64,000 bases of DNA from Malacoraja senta (taxonomy: Eukaryota), in the NCBI GenBank assembly GCA_038087875.1, contig CM075978.1, positions 103,726,001 through 103,790,000 on the forward strand, written 5' to 3'. The translations under genes were made by a program, and so were the position numbers. The notes beneath the pieces are model-generated. The model saw nothing but the letters and a program-made list of their open reading frames with translations. It had not been told where the DNA came from and did no database searches. Of the stretch, positions 27,861-41,319 are shown one piece after another (the first letter of the stretch is position 1; each line of letters starts with the position of its first letter).

Positions 27861-28340
27861 CTGTTGCAATGTTGACTGTTGACTATTGCAATGTTGGTAT
27901 TCTGGGCTATTCTCATTCCTCTAAACTCTTCCTCTCCACATATCTGTTCAAATGTCTTCTGATGTTCATAATTGTCCTGAAGAGGAGTGATTATTGAAAG
28001 ATAAATGTAGGAAAGTTATCACTTGTGAAGTAGACCAAAACTGGGGGCCAGTTTTATGGAAAATATAAAAGAGCAGCAAATATCTTATTCGGGGGATAAT
28101 TAGAACTTTTAATCTGCTAGGAGTAAAAGGAGGGTGTATATACAGATTGAAGGCAAAGGGGAAGTTAATGTTGATAGACTGAGGTGAAAAGTATTGAGAG
28201 GGGAGTAATAAATGTTAGAGTCAACCAGGTAGGCTAAATGATCCATGCATTTTCTTATTACATACTACTCACTTACCAAGTCAATAACATTGTTCATATT
28301 ATAAAATGATTGTGGATTTCATCTCTTTTGACTCCCGCAG

Positions 28341-28943
28341 AATGTACCCTGGCTGACAACACGCAAGCTGATGTTGTCCTATTGGTCGATGGCTCCTACA
28401 GCATTGGCTTGAGCAACTTTGCCAAGGTGAGAGATTTCCTCGAAACCTTAGTCAAGACATTCAACGTTGGTCGTGACCGTATCCAGATTGGTCTGGTTCA
28501 GTACAGCCGGAATTCATTCACAGAGTTCACTCTCAATAAACACTCAACACTCCAGGAGGTGGTCCGGGCTATTCGCACTTTCCCCTACAGGGGTGGCTCC
28601 ACCAACACAGGCAAGGCCATGACCTATGTGAGAGAGAAGGTCTTCGTCCAGAATAAGGGAGCAAGGAGCAATGTGCCACGTGTGATGGTGCTGATCACGG
28701 ATGGCAAGTCTTCTGACACCTTCCAACTACCCGCCATGAAGCTGCGAGATGCCGGTGTGGAGATCTTTGCTGTGGGAGTCAAGGACGCAGTGTTCAGCGA
28801 ACTTGTGGCCATCGCCTCTCCCCCTGAAAACACCCACGTGTACCAAGTGGATGACTTTGATTCTTTCCAGCGGGTATCAACAAAGCTCACACAGACACTG
28901 TGTCTCAGGATCGAGGAGGAAACGAAAGCCATCAGAGCGCGGA
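28341..28943 (+). CDS. col12a1: Exon 10 equivalent: complete vWA2 domain with MIDAS DGSYS
   Basis: ttttgactcccgcAG / GTGAGT; 603 nt; [14 protein letters not shown] and ITDGKS motifs; flanking Cys pair. Confidence 0.97.
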
Positions 28944-29886
28944 GTGAGTGAGCCAAGGATAGGAACTTTCAACTTATGATTTACTCAGCTGTACATCCAA
29001 TTATAAACAGTAATAGGAAACTCCAAATGGGGGGTAGATATCAGGCAACAAGGCAAAATAATATATTAACTACACATTAAATCATTAAATGTCTGGCCTG
29101 CTTGAAATCCGATCAATGGATGGGGGTAATAAACAGAACTCAATCCAAGTGACCACCCACTGTCCATGGCTTTTTAAAATCACGTGCAAATTAACTTTAT
29201 TGGGAACTTGATAATGCGCCATGCAGCACTGTTTAGTAAAAATGTTGAGAGTGGGAGTGGGATTGACTACTTAGGGTTGTGGACAGGGATCAAACAAAAA
29301 AGGCTGCTTTGCCCTAGATGGTGCCGTGCTTCATGAGAGTGCTGAAATTATCCAGGTAAATATAGTGTCCTTAACACTCTTGATGTCCTTGTTGATAACC
29401 CAAACCTAAAGGAGATAGTGGGAGCTCCCATTGGCACAGCAGGGACATTTTTTAAGACAATTTTTTAAAATATTGCTCATTGCTACATCAGGATAGAGTA
29501 TCTGTCAAGTTTCTCAATCACTTTCATTTTGTATTGCCCATCAGAAATAATAATCAATTTTCAAAAACAGTGAATATGCTTCCCATATTCTAATTTTACA
29601 TAAATGATTTTTCTTTCATTAATCAAAATTGATCTTCTTTTATAAATCCCATAGATTAAATTACTTCATCCTGTTACAGTAGGAAGTGTAACAGCATCAT
29701 TGGTGCTTTATTGTTGTTGACATATTATTTTATAGGAGTTAAAGTGCATGTAGGTTGCAGATTCATGCTGTGAGCGAGTGACTGTTTTCTCATTACTGAA
29801 ACTGCATCCTGATAGGGGATTTAAATGTCTAAATTTGACTGTTTAGCTCAAAGGTCTTGTTGATAATTGATGTCCATTAATCATAG

Positions 29887-30159
29887 GTCTAACTCCAGCT
29901 TCGGACCTGAGGACATCTGAAGTGACTTCCCGTAGTTTCCGAGTGAGCTGGACAGCAGCTAGCCCAGATGTGCAGTCATATCTACTGAGCTATAACATGG
30001 AAGCGGGTGGTTATCCAGTGTCCATTCGGATTCCCGCAGACCAAACAACCAGAGTCCTGACAGACCTACTGCCAGAGACCACCTACCTAGTCAATGTGGT
30101 CGCAGAGTACACGGAAGGTCCAAGTTCACCAGTGGATGGAAAAGACACCACCCTTGAAG
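29887..30159 (+). CDS. col12a1: Exon 11 equivalent: FN3-3 (SLTPASDLRTSEVTSRSFRVSW...DGKDTTLE)
   Basis: attaatcatAG / GTATTG; 273 nt; LLPETTYLVNV. Confidence 0.95.
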
Positions 30160-30319
30160 GTATTGTTTCACTGTGAGTGTATAGTGATTAACTTACTGAA
30201 TTTATAGTCATCTAACTGATCGTGACACCAACTTGGCTCATGGCACTTCAATAAACAACAATAAATTTCAACAATGACCTTCATCCTGAGTATAACCATT
30301 TATTAACATTTTCTGATTG

Positions 30320-30795
30320 GGCCAGGCAGCATCTCTGGAGAAAATGGATAGGTGACGTTTCGGGTTGGGACCCTTCTTCAGACTGACTGTAGCCCCCGCC
30401 CCCCCCCCCCCCACCCCCAGCTGCCTTCTCTCTGTGGATCAGAGCATAACAGCAGGATCTATTCCCTAAGGTAGTTGAGTCTAGCTTTAAGTCTTGGGGT
30501 ACAAACTGCCCAAGCGAAATATGAGGTGCTGCTCCTCCAATTTCCGGTGGTCCTCACTCTGACCATGGAGGAGGCCCAGGACAGAAAGGTCGGATTCGGA
30601 ATGGGAGGGGGATTTGAAGTGCTGAGCCACCGGGAGATCAGGTAGGTTATAGCGAACCCGCTGAGTTTCTCCTACATTTTTGTCTCCCTTCGACTTTCCA
30701 GCATCTGCAGTTCCTTCTTAAACAAACTGCTGAGTTACACCACCACTTTGTGTCTATCTGCAGTATAAACCAGCATCTGCAGTTCCTTTATACAC
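30320..30795 (-). mobile_element. Penelope-like element remnant: terminal repeat, GIY-YIG endonuclease C-terminus and inverted terminal-repeat pieces
   Basis: 30499-30657 (-) translates VRYNLPDLPVAQHFKSPSHSESDLSVLGLLHGQSEDHRKLEEQHLIFRLGSLY, the PVAxHF..H..E..LI..L pattern of PLE endonucleases; hammerhead-bearing repeat at 30320-30390; inverted repeat pieces at 30658-30795. Confidence 0.85.
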
Positions 30796-30799
30796 ACTT

Positions 30800-32000
30800 T
30801 AAGTTTATCCAGCTTGCTTTCTATAGCTTGGATGGTTGCCAGGAACAGGCTGGGGAGGAAGGGCCTGGAACCAATTTGTTTCAGTGCAGACCAGTGTGTT
30901 TCCTATGTTTTCTAGATATGTGGCTGTTTCTGTTCAGGCTTGGTAGTCTGTGAGTGTGTTGGCCATTCCATGAGGTAGGTGGGAGCATTCGGTGGAGTCC
31001 AGGGGATGGGTTACATCTTGGAGCGGTCCCAAGGGTTGGGCCTTTTGTTCAGCCTCGAGGTCAGATCATGAGGTTGGCCACTCCCATCAAATGGTATGCA
31101 TGCTGGGATCAGGCCTTTGATATGTTGATTGGTTTCTGGCTTCTATTGTAGCTGTAGACCACAGATCCAATGGTCAGCAGTGAGTTTCAGCAGATCACTC
31201 ATTCGGTCAATTCGCTTAGAGGCATAGAGTCATAGAGTGATACAGTGTGGACACAGGCCCTTCTGCCCAACTCGCCCACACCAGCCAACAATGTCCCAGC
31301 TACGCTAGTCCCACTTGCCTGCGTTGGGTCCATATCCCTCCAAACCTGCCTATCCATGTACCTGTCTAATTGTTTCTTAAATGATGGGATAGTCCAAGCC
31401 TCAACTACCTCCTCTGGCAGCTTGTTCCATACACCTACCACCCTTTGTGTGGAAAAAGGTACCCCTCGGATTCCTATTATATCTTTCCCCCTTCACCTTG
31501 AACATATGTCCTCTAGTCCTCGATTCCCCTACTCTGGGCAAAGGACTCTGTGCATCTACCCGATCTATTCCTCTCATGATTTTATATACCTCTATAAGAT
31601 CTCCCCTCATCCTCCTGCGCTCCATGAACTAGAGACCCAGCTTACTCAACCTCTCCCTATAGCTCACACACTCTAGTCCTGGCAACATCCTCGTAAATCT
31701 TTTCTGAACCCTTTCAAGCTTGACAATATCTTTCCTATAACATGGTGCCCAGAACTGAACACAATATTCTAAATGCGGTCTCACCAACGTCTTATACATG
31801 AAGACGGGGACTCTATTTTGTCAGGTCCAATGGGTTGGTCTTGAGATCATTTTCTTCATCATCAGGATGTGGAGTCGGTATTTCAGAAGGCCGGTAGGCT
31901 GTAGGGCTCTGTGGTCGCGATAGGCTTTGTACCTGGGCAGTCTGGTTGAGTCCGTTTGGGTTAGGCAGCCGTTTGGGAGATCGGTTGTTCCTGGGGGTTG
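30800..32000 (-). mobile_element. Probable 5' region of a Rex1/Babar element, split by a CR1 insertion
   Basis: Reverse strand near 30803-30856 reads PSLFLATIQAIESKLDK, resembling the Rex1 APE N-terminus (PSxxLANVQSLENKLDEL). Confidence 0.5.
31223..31797 (-). mobile_element. CR1 3' fragment (young)
   Basis: ERRRMRGDLIEVYKIMRGIDRVD and VGVWNKLPEEVVEA; (CATAGAGT)n tail. Confidence 0.92.
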
Positions 32001-35000
32001 GAAGATCGAAAAGGAATTTCACTGTGCGTTTGTACATGTGACAATGAAGCACCATTGATTGACCATCACTTGATGTGAAAGTAGATTTAAGAGAACACTG
32101 TTCATAAGAGGGATATGGGCCACATTCAGGCAATGGGACTAGTTTGATTAAATATCTTTGTCACTATGAGTTGGAGTGACGGGCATGTTTACCTGCTGTA
32201 TAAGTCAATTACTCTTTGTGTCCATCTCTTTGTGTATGTGCTTGTGAAAGCATGTATAGAAGTACGACCATTTATGTGTTCATGTCCATCTTATATGTGT
32301 TTATACATATACCTGTTTGTATGTATGGCAATATAAGCTTGTTAGAGTGGATGTAAAGTGGGATGGCTGCAGTGTTGTTCCCCTGCTTAATTACATATTC
32401 AGTGTCTAGGACTGAAAGCTCACAGAATCTTACCGAGTGGAGTCAATGCTGTCAGTGTGAAAAAGTGTGGGTAATGGAAGTGAACACATTTTTCCAAACA
32501 AATAATGGGTGGAGGATTAACAGATATTTTGATTTTGTGCTTTAGAGAAAATGCTCATCCCTGGACAAGAGCCTAAATTAAATTTAGTGTGAACGTTCAC
32601 AGATTCAGTCCAGATGAGTCCTTGGAATGAAACCATATCAATTGTCAATAGAATAGAATGTGTGTGAGGTAAATGTCAATGCATTTTGCCTATTAGAGTG
32701 CATGTGTGTGCATCTGAGTGTATGTGTGTGTTTGTGTTTGAGTTCCTTTATGACTGCTTATGAGAGAGGGAGAGAAACAGTGTGTGTGTGTGTGTGTGTG
32801 CACATATGCATGTGCAAATCTGTGACAATCCCAGGGCCACAATGGATAATCCAGAAACAACTCTTATACTGGCATCTTATCAATGACTCGTTGCAGCTTT
32901 TTATTCCATGATATATAATTGCAACCTGAAAGATACAGACTATTTCTGTCAATCTGTTGTTTTACAGTTAGCTTGTCCTTGCAGTGCACTGAGTTATACA
33001 GACAACCTCCGCGCAACCCGTCTGGGTTGAAGTGTAGGAGTGGTGGTTTGTTTGCATCACAAACATGATATTTGAAGTGTATTTTTTAGGGTATTGCCTA
33101 ATACACAGCAGATTCATTAAATTAAAAGTAATTTTGCATTGTGTTTTGCCATTGGGGATAGATGAAATGGAAGGAGAATGGTCTGTAGCAAATCAGCAGG
33201 GTTTCTGATGGATGGTAGTTGTGGCGTGGTATTGTCAAACCACAGGTACTATAGATTATACATCAGTTGTATTATAACAGCATTTAAAAGACACTTGGAC
33301 AGAAAAGGTTTAGAGAGAAATGGGGCAGACGCAGGCAGGTGGGGTTAATGTAGATGGGGCATCTTGGCCAGTTGGGATGAAAGGCCTGTTTCCATGCTGC
33401 ATGACTCTATGAATCTATGATGATTCCACAGTGTCTCATCCCTCTCAATTCATCAGTGACTTTAAGCTCTACATCCATTGGGGAGTGGGGCTTGGTAATT
33501 CAGAGGCAGTTGTCCCCCACTGGAAACATTAAGCATATTAAAAAGGCATGCAAGTTTCCTGAGGCATTATTTTAAAATACTCTTCAAAAGATGAGCTTTC
33601 TAAAGGTGGCAGGACTTGCTTCTGCTTGTAGATACTCTCTACTGCATTGAAGCTGCCCCTCCTCTATGTCCACTCCATCTACACCAATATTAGTGGGTGC
33701 ATCAATATCTGCATTTCTTTGATTCTACTAATATCAGTGGGTTTGCTGATATCATTAGCATTTGCAGCTCTCTACATGATGCTATTGATTTATCAATTTT
33801 CTCCTCTAATTTCAAAATCCCTCTTTTCACTCCTGGCTCAATCTACGATTCCTTTCCTTCTTTCACCAGCATAAAGTGCATCAGGATATATTTCCTCTTG
33901 TGAGGAACCTCAAACAATGTTCAGCTGTATTTCCTGCGTTATGCCCAAGTTTGCACGATTGTTCATTCAGATTTTCTTCCTTTATTCCTTGTGAGGTGTT
34001 TTCTTATGACCGCAGGCTGCAGAACTTAAAACTCTCATATGTTTCTGTGTGATGATGCTTCATCAGTAAGTTTGCGTCTTGGATATACTACTGCGATGGG
34101 CAGTACTACCCTTATATTCCTTGATTATAAATGTGCACAGATCCCAGTGCATTTATCACTGCACTGCACACACCTGTACTTGTAAGAAAATGTACACAAC
34201 ATACAGTATACATAGTGTACAGACATTGCAATGCACACAGGCACACAACTCACAGTCTACAGCAGCACATACACACACATACACATACACATTTTCCAGT
34301 TGATCCCCACTGAAAATTGACCAACATTAGGATGCCACTTTGTTTCCTATTGCCGCTGCAGGATGTCAAGAGCAATTATAACGTTCAGTACCACTTGGCT
34401 AAGAAGAGAGAGTTTTGCACAATGTTAAATAATAATTAAAAGGACCCTTAGTTTGCCTGTATATTTTATCGACAACCTAGTGCTCATGGACTGAATGAAT
34501 ATAGCTGAAAAGATCCATTGTTACTATCTCTGTTGTTGCTTTATATAACTGCTGACTTTGGCACCAAATTAAACCAGGCATCCAGGGGAAAATTGGTGAA
34601 CTCCCTATGTCAGATCTCCAGGGTCCACTGTAATCATCTCTTGGCAGCTGGGGTAAATAGTGTTGACCCATACAATTACAATAACACATTTCCTGGAATC
34701 TGTCTTATGCCCAAGATACATTAATCTTTTGTGGATGAAGTTTGCAAATGTGGTGAGCTTGAGAGAGGTGCTGAGGAAAGAAGAATTGATGCAAATTCTG
34801 CCAGCAAAGCAGAACACCGTGTTTAATTTAAGGAACAACTGCAGGTCAACTGTGCAGTTATATTGAAGAAAGTGTTATAAAACACAATTTTATGTCAACA
34901 ATACAGAGACTTCAAAAAAGCACATGCCTATTTATTTAAAAGTAATGGTGCAAGTCATGAACAAATATGGATCATAACTGGAGACCTTCTTCCATGCAAT

Positions 35001-35511
35001 ATGCATCTGCCAAGATAAGGAAAGCAAAACAAAGTGGCAATGCTCCAAGGTGAGCATTTACAAATGGTAAAGCTGATGCCAATAGGATCACTGGCACTGG
35101 AACCAAATTCACTCAAAGCACAAAATGATGATAAAGCTACACCATCAATTTATCACAATCTCCCACCTGCTTCATCCCAAAATAACACAAATTTATGGAA
35201 TTGGATTCAAACCGTTTTAATGTCTTCCACATTCAACCCAATTGTGCTGATTTGAACAGAACTAATTTCACCCCAACCTCACATACCTCTCTGCACGCCC
35301 TGTGACTTACCTTTCATATTTAATTTCAGAGTTATGTCAGACTTTGGTGTTAACAACTTAGTGATGAGGAGATTACCCCGGAAAATTAGATCTACAGTGT
35401 GTTGAGTTATGAAGTTGACGTCAGTAAAAATCTATAGTCTTGAATTGGGAAAGGACTGACTGTAAATGTTGCTAGATTGTCGTAAGTACCTAGATTGTTC
35501 TTTATGTGTAA

Positions 35512-36070
35512 TATAGAGTTATACAGCATGGAAACAGGGCCTTTGCCCCAACTCATCCATATAGTGCCAAGATGCCATATCTAAGGTAGTTCCGTTTTGT
35601 ATGTTTGCCCCATATTCCTCTAAACATTTACTATACATGTATCTAAGGAAATGACACTTTAAATGTTCATATTATACCTGCTTCAACTACTTCATCTGGC
35701 AACTCATTCCATATATCTTCCACTCTCTGTTTGAAAAAGTTGCCCCACAGGTACCTATTTAATCTTTCCTTTCTCACCTTAAACCTATGCCCTCTAGTTC
35801 TTGACTCCATTACCCTGGGAAAAAGACTATGTGCATTCACACCTATTTATTCCTTTCATGATTTTATACAGCTGTATATGATCACCCCTCAGCCTCCTGC
35901 GCTCCAGGGCATAACAGTCCCAGCCTGACCAAACTCTGGCTACCACTCAGGATGTCGAGTACTGGCAATATTCTCATAAATCTTCTTTGCACTCTTTCTA
36001 GCTTAGTATTTTTTTATGGCATGGTAACCAAAACTGAACACAATATTGCAAGTGTGCCCTCACGAATGGC
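35512..36070 (-). mobile_element. CR1 3' fragment (older)
   Basis: Colinear, diverged similarity to 31223-31797. Confidence 0.8.
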
Positions 36071-37804
36071 CTTATTGAACTCAATTTGGCCTTATTGATT
36101 TCCGTTTTTCCATTTTTCCATTTGGCCTTAATGAAGTCAACATTTTATTGACTACAGTTAATTTTACTAGATTCAATGAGAGAATAGTCCTGAATTGCAT
36201 TCAGTTGTTTTACTTAACATTTAATTACTGTTCACATATTTTATTTATCTTCTCTCCCAATTTGCATTCACTGATGGGAAGTGGGGCAACCACAGAGTGA
36301 CAGACAGGTGAGAATTTTAGACTGAAGGTAATGGCGTATTATGAGATAATGTAGAGCAGGGCAGTGGATGAGCTGGAATTGGTGTGTGGGATAGAAAAGC
36401 TGGCATCAGATTTTAAGACCATTTGAAGTTCAAGGAATGCAGAAATAAGAAGGCCATCCAAAAGTGCCTGGAATAATTAAATCTAGATGTGATGTTGGCA
36501 TGAGACTTTCAGTAGCAGTTGAGGCAAAAACAGAATAGGAGGCTGGTATAGGGAATATTAACAAAAAAATAATCTTCTCAGAAATCTGGGAGCAGATCAG
36601 CCAAATTCTTTACTGAAACATAGAAGAGACAATAATTTAAGCGGGGCAGGGTAAAAGACAAATGAGGTTGACAAGGAATTCAAGTTGAAAAATGATCTGT
36701 TGTACCACTGCTGCAGTTGTCTGGCCAGGATCCAATTTTAGGTTTTCAGCTCACATCTGTAGCAGATCAAGAGTTATCTCCCATAGGTGCTAAAATCTTC
36801 ACTTTGATGTGTAGAAATCATGTAGGTGCTTTGTTTAAGCAGAAACACTTTATGGCTGATGTTGTATTCTATATGTCCTCCTGGACAAAATGATATGAAG
36901 TGTGAACCTGCCTTCATTCAGTTCATCACAAATTAAATATCAGTGTACATATGGAATGGATGACTCTATGACATTTGTTCTCCAAATATCTTGCTTAGTT
37001 ATGAACATTCATTGTGTCAATGTAACCGTGAGGGATTGACAAAAAAACAAAGGGTGGTGGGTTGCCCTCTCAGCTCCAGTAACCAGATTCAATCCTGAGC
37101 TCCGGTGTTATCTGCATAACGTTTGCATGTTTTTCCTGTGACCATGGGGCTTCATCTGGGTTTCTCCTTTCAAATCCACACAAACATGTTCACTGGAAGC
37201 TTAGTTAGTTGTTGTAAAGTGACCCAGGTGCATAGAATGGTAGTGTGTAGCAGAACAGTGGGGTGGGGGGGGGGGGTGATAGATGGTTAGTGTTGTAGCA
37301 GAACGCAGGTGGGGTGTTGTGAATTGATAGTAAAGTGGGGGTAATAGAGTGTAATTAGTGAGGGCAAATGATGTAGTTGTATGGTCAGATCAGATTCGGT
37401 AGACCAAAAGATCTAATTCCATGACTAATATTAGTGCATTGTATTTCAAAGTTACTGTAGTTAAAATTGTGCTACAACGTTAATAAATTCACATTTCTCA
37501 GGATCTTGGTGTCACTGGCATTGTTTTTTCCTTGATTACCCTTGTGAGAAGGTGGTGGTGAGCTTCCCTGAAGTCCAATTCTGGGCATGCCACTTTACGA
37601 TAAAGGAACTTGGAGAGAGTGTAGAGTTGATTTACTGGGAATGATAGCAGGTTCTTAATTATGTGTAAAAATGTCTGGAAAAGGTGCGATTGTTCTCCTG
37701 GCTGCAGAAAGAGGCGATTGAAGAAAGATGTTTAAGATCATAGGAAATTATGATAAAATAACAGAAACAATGTAGCTTTTCATTAAAAGGAGAAAACGGT
37801 GAAT

Positions 37805-38218
37805 ATAGAACCATATAACCCATATAACCATTACAGCACGGAAACAGGCCATCTCGGCCCTTCAGGTCCGTGCCCATATCTTTCAAAATCTTTGCATGTT
37901 TCCGTCCAACTGTCTTTTCAATGTGATAATTGCACCCTTTGGTAGCTTGTTCCATGTATCACCATATGTCTGAAAATGTTTATCATCCGGTCCTAAATTA
38001 TTTTCAATTTCAACTTAAACCTATGCCCTCGAGTTTTAGATTCCCCTATCCTGAGGAAAAGACTGTGCCTATTCACCTTATTTACGCTCCTCATGATTAT
38101 GTTAACCTCTTTAAGGTCACCTCTCTGCCTCCTGGAAAAAAGTCCTTGTCTGAACTCATGATGCAGCTTTATAGGACTTTGGTTGTGCCGCATTTGGAGT
38201 ATTGTATGTAGTTCTTGT
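37805..38218. mobile_element. Opposite-orientation CR1 fragments abutting the assembly gap
   Basis: Minus strand RGDLKEV..GESKTRGHRFK; plus strand MQLYRTLVVPHLEYC running into the Ns. Confidence 0.75.
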
Positions 38219-38418
38219 NNNNNNNNNNNNNNNNNNNNNNNNNNNNNNNNNNNNNNNNNNNNNNNNNNNNNNNNNNNNNNNNNNNNNNNNNNNNNNNNNN
38301 NNNNNNNNNNNNNNNNNNNNNNNNNNNNNNNNNNNNNNNNNNNNNNNNNNNNNNNNNNNNNNNNNNNNNNNNNNNNNNNNNNNNNNNNNNNNNNNNNNNN
38401 NNNNNNNNNNNNNNNNNN
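38219..38418. other. Assembly gap (200 N)
   Basis: Exactly 200 N, a round placeholder length; true size unknown. Confidence 0.99.
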
Positions 38419-41319
38419 CATTTAAATGACTTCCTTATTGTTCATGACAACAAATTAAAATTTGCATTAAGATTACTGCACTTGAATCATCCTCAGATCC
38501 CAGTAATTATTTATCAATGCTTAACATATGTGCAGCAAAGCAGCATATGAGAGATAAGTGGAGAATAAATGTAGTGCTGTTATTCGTGATGTACAAATTC
38601 GCTTTGGAAATTATAACCATTTTCCCACGAAGGAAAGGGCTATGACGTGAGGATGTGGATGTTGTGGAACATCGCTGGAAGGAGAGGAAATAGATATGTC
38701 AGAAAATAAACATGGAGGACAGAGAAAGAGGTCAATGGATTGGGGATTACTGAGTGTATATGAGGAAGAAGGTATATTCTGGGTTCATAGAAATTGGGTA
38801 CGCTGAAATAACTGCAGATATCTCCATGAGCAGGAGACGTGAGAGATTTGGAACAGGGAACAAAAAAACTATTTGGCCTTCCAGTTGCATCCCAATTTCC
38901 AAATTGCGCTCACACCCCAGCTGTTCACAAGTTGTTCATATTTTCTTATCCTGAACAAAGCAAATGCTGGGCAAAGCTGTCGCTTAATAGCAGCGCGGAA
39001 GAAGATGCATGCTGTTCTTTGGATGATGTTAGCCAAGACCTCATTTCCTTTTGCAAGTGAACAGTTCCGTTCTATGAATCCATGGTTACTAATTGCTCAC
39101 TCATATTCCATATAGAAGTATCCCAGCCATTATTCGCTGGTTGAGAATTGAAAGTAACTCTGGTCCAACACCAAAATGGTTGAATCTTAATTGAATTAGC
39201 AAGGATCACAGTTTACATGAGACCAGCATCTAGGTATTACTAATCAATGCTGGAAGTACCCATAACTAAACAAAAAGTAAATAGACTGCTGAAAGTCATT
39301 AGCTAGATCCATGTTTTACATCAAGTGAATTGTAATATAATCCTGCAGTTTGGAGCAAGAGGACTAGTACCTACAAAAACACAAGGAAATAGGAGCAGGA
39401 TTAGGCTACGTAGCCCCTCAAGCCTTCAATGGGTCCCTACTCCACGATGGTGTCTGTCGATTTCCCTCCACAGATGCTACCTGATCTGATGGGTTCCTCC
39501 AGCAGTTTGTTCTTTGCATTTATTAAGATCATGGTTGATTTATGCTGACCTCAAATCCTCTTTTGTGCCAGTTCCCCAAAGACATCAATTCTACAATCTT
39601 TCCAAAAACTTAACTTAACTATATTACTTCTAGTAAGGTACATCAAGAGAGCACAAGGGGAGGAAAACTGGAAAAATGTTGCAACGGTTTTAGTCATCTT
39701 AGTCATATTATTCTGCACAGAGCACGTGGGGCATGTGGATAGGGTGTAGTGTGTCTTGACTTGAGTGTAAAACCATGGAAGATCACCCTCCATTGTTTCT
39801 AGATTGACATTGAATAGAAGAGAGATAATCCTGCAAAAGGTTTATTTTTGGCAAATCCTCTCTGTGTGAGAAGACTGTCAAAACGTTGCCCTCCTTATTG
39901 CAACTGTCAGAGCAGAACAAAGAACAGCTCCAAACGCGTCCAGCATCCATCCTCCCGGGAGCTAAACAAGTCTTTGCAAGTTGTGGAAAGATCGCTAAAT
40001 AATAAGGCTATCTTGGAAAATGGAACAGTTCGCACATTTTTCACTTGTGACTAATACTAATACAGTCACATGGTCTTTTAACTGCTCCGTCTTAAGCATT
40101 CTATAAACTTAATAATAAAATAAATACAATGATTGCAATTTCTTCAGAGATTATTATGTGAAATCATAAAGAGTGGGTAGATATTTTGGACTTGGATGAT
40201 GCACAAGTGTGACTTTTATTTTGCCAGTGTAATTGAAACGTGATACTGCAGTGTACTAGTCATGTTATTGGATTGTTATCCTGGGCACCTGATTAATTAA
40301 TAAACCTGAAGTTGAGTGTCGAAATTCCAACGTGGTACTTTCAGAATTTGAATTTCTGTTTCTAAATAGCTCTGCCATCAGTAAAAACGTCCTTGAGCCA
40401 GACTAGTTCACTTGGGTGTGTGTAATCCATTGCTACAATTATAATTACCATTGACAAGCCGAGCAAATTAGTTAGTTATAGAGATTTAAAGCCATAGTCT
40501 TACTGCAGGGAAGCAGGCCATTTGACCCACTATTTACATGCCAGCCAGTGGGCACCCAGGTTCAGGGAAAGTGGGAGAGCAGCAGAATTACAACATGCAT
40601 GTACAATGTTGCTGTAGTTCAGCTTCATTGAGGTTAGTGTACAGTCAGCGGTATGTTATGTATTTAGTGCATGTGGCAGAGCTTGAATTCCCACTCGATG
40701 GCTCCCGAGTCATGGTTCCCAATAAGAGACAGCCTTTTTTCCAGTAGGGGCATTGTGATCAATGAGGGAAACCAGTGGTGATCAAGTGTTTTCTCCACGT
40801 CTGTGGAGTGAAATGGACAGATGACTTTTCAAGTTGGGACCCAAAATGTTGACTGCCCATTTCTCTCCACATGATGAGTTCTAAAAGAACGCAAGTTGAT
40901 TTGGTATGACTTGGTAATTTTAACATGGAGCTGGCTTAGCAGCTTGTCGTTAGCAGGAAGATGCTGTAATTGCTGCAAAGATTTTCACAGGAGCAAAGAA
41001 CATATGGATAGCAGAGAAGTATGTCCATGACAGAGTGATCAGACCTAGACTCAAGGTTAGAGTGGGATTGAGAGGCTGGATGGTCCTGGGTACAACTTGA
41101 GCTTCTTTATGTGCATGTAAGACCTGGCTTGCGAGAAGGTGGAGTAAAGGATATGAGTCAAATGCAGGCAAATAGGACTAACAAGACAAGTCCTAGGGTA
41201 GGCATGGGCAAATTGATCCAAAAGGTCTGTCTCAGTGCTGTATGACTCCATGACCAAGTCTTGAGGTTGCACTTCTCGTCAGTTGCTTTGTAAAGCTGAA
41301 AGAGAGTTAAACTAGAAAT

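Noticed and set aside
28624-28956. Antisense ORFs over the vWA2 exon (also over other exons)
   Set aside because: Shadow frames of the real coding exons; no independent support.
21176-30159. Alternative identity as col14a1, col20a1 or matrilin
   Set aside because: FN3-vWA-FN3-vWA-FN3n order with only one FN3 between the two vWA domains, and the specific peptides, fit the long collagen XII N-terminus.
36700-36820. Open stretch LLQLSGQDPILGFQLT considered as a decayed FN3 exon
   Set aside because: Lacks the FN3 Trp, Tyr and L-x-P-x-T-x-Y motifs and has no convincing splice sites.
37993-38550. ORFs containing long X runs
   Set aside because: Artefacts of translating the N gap.
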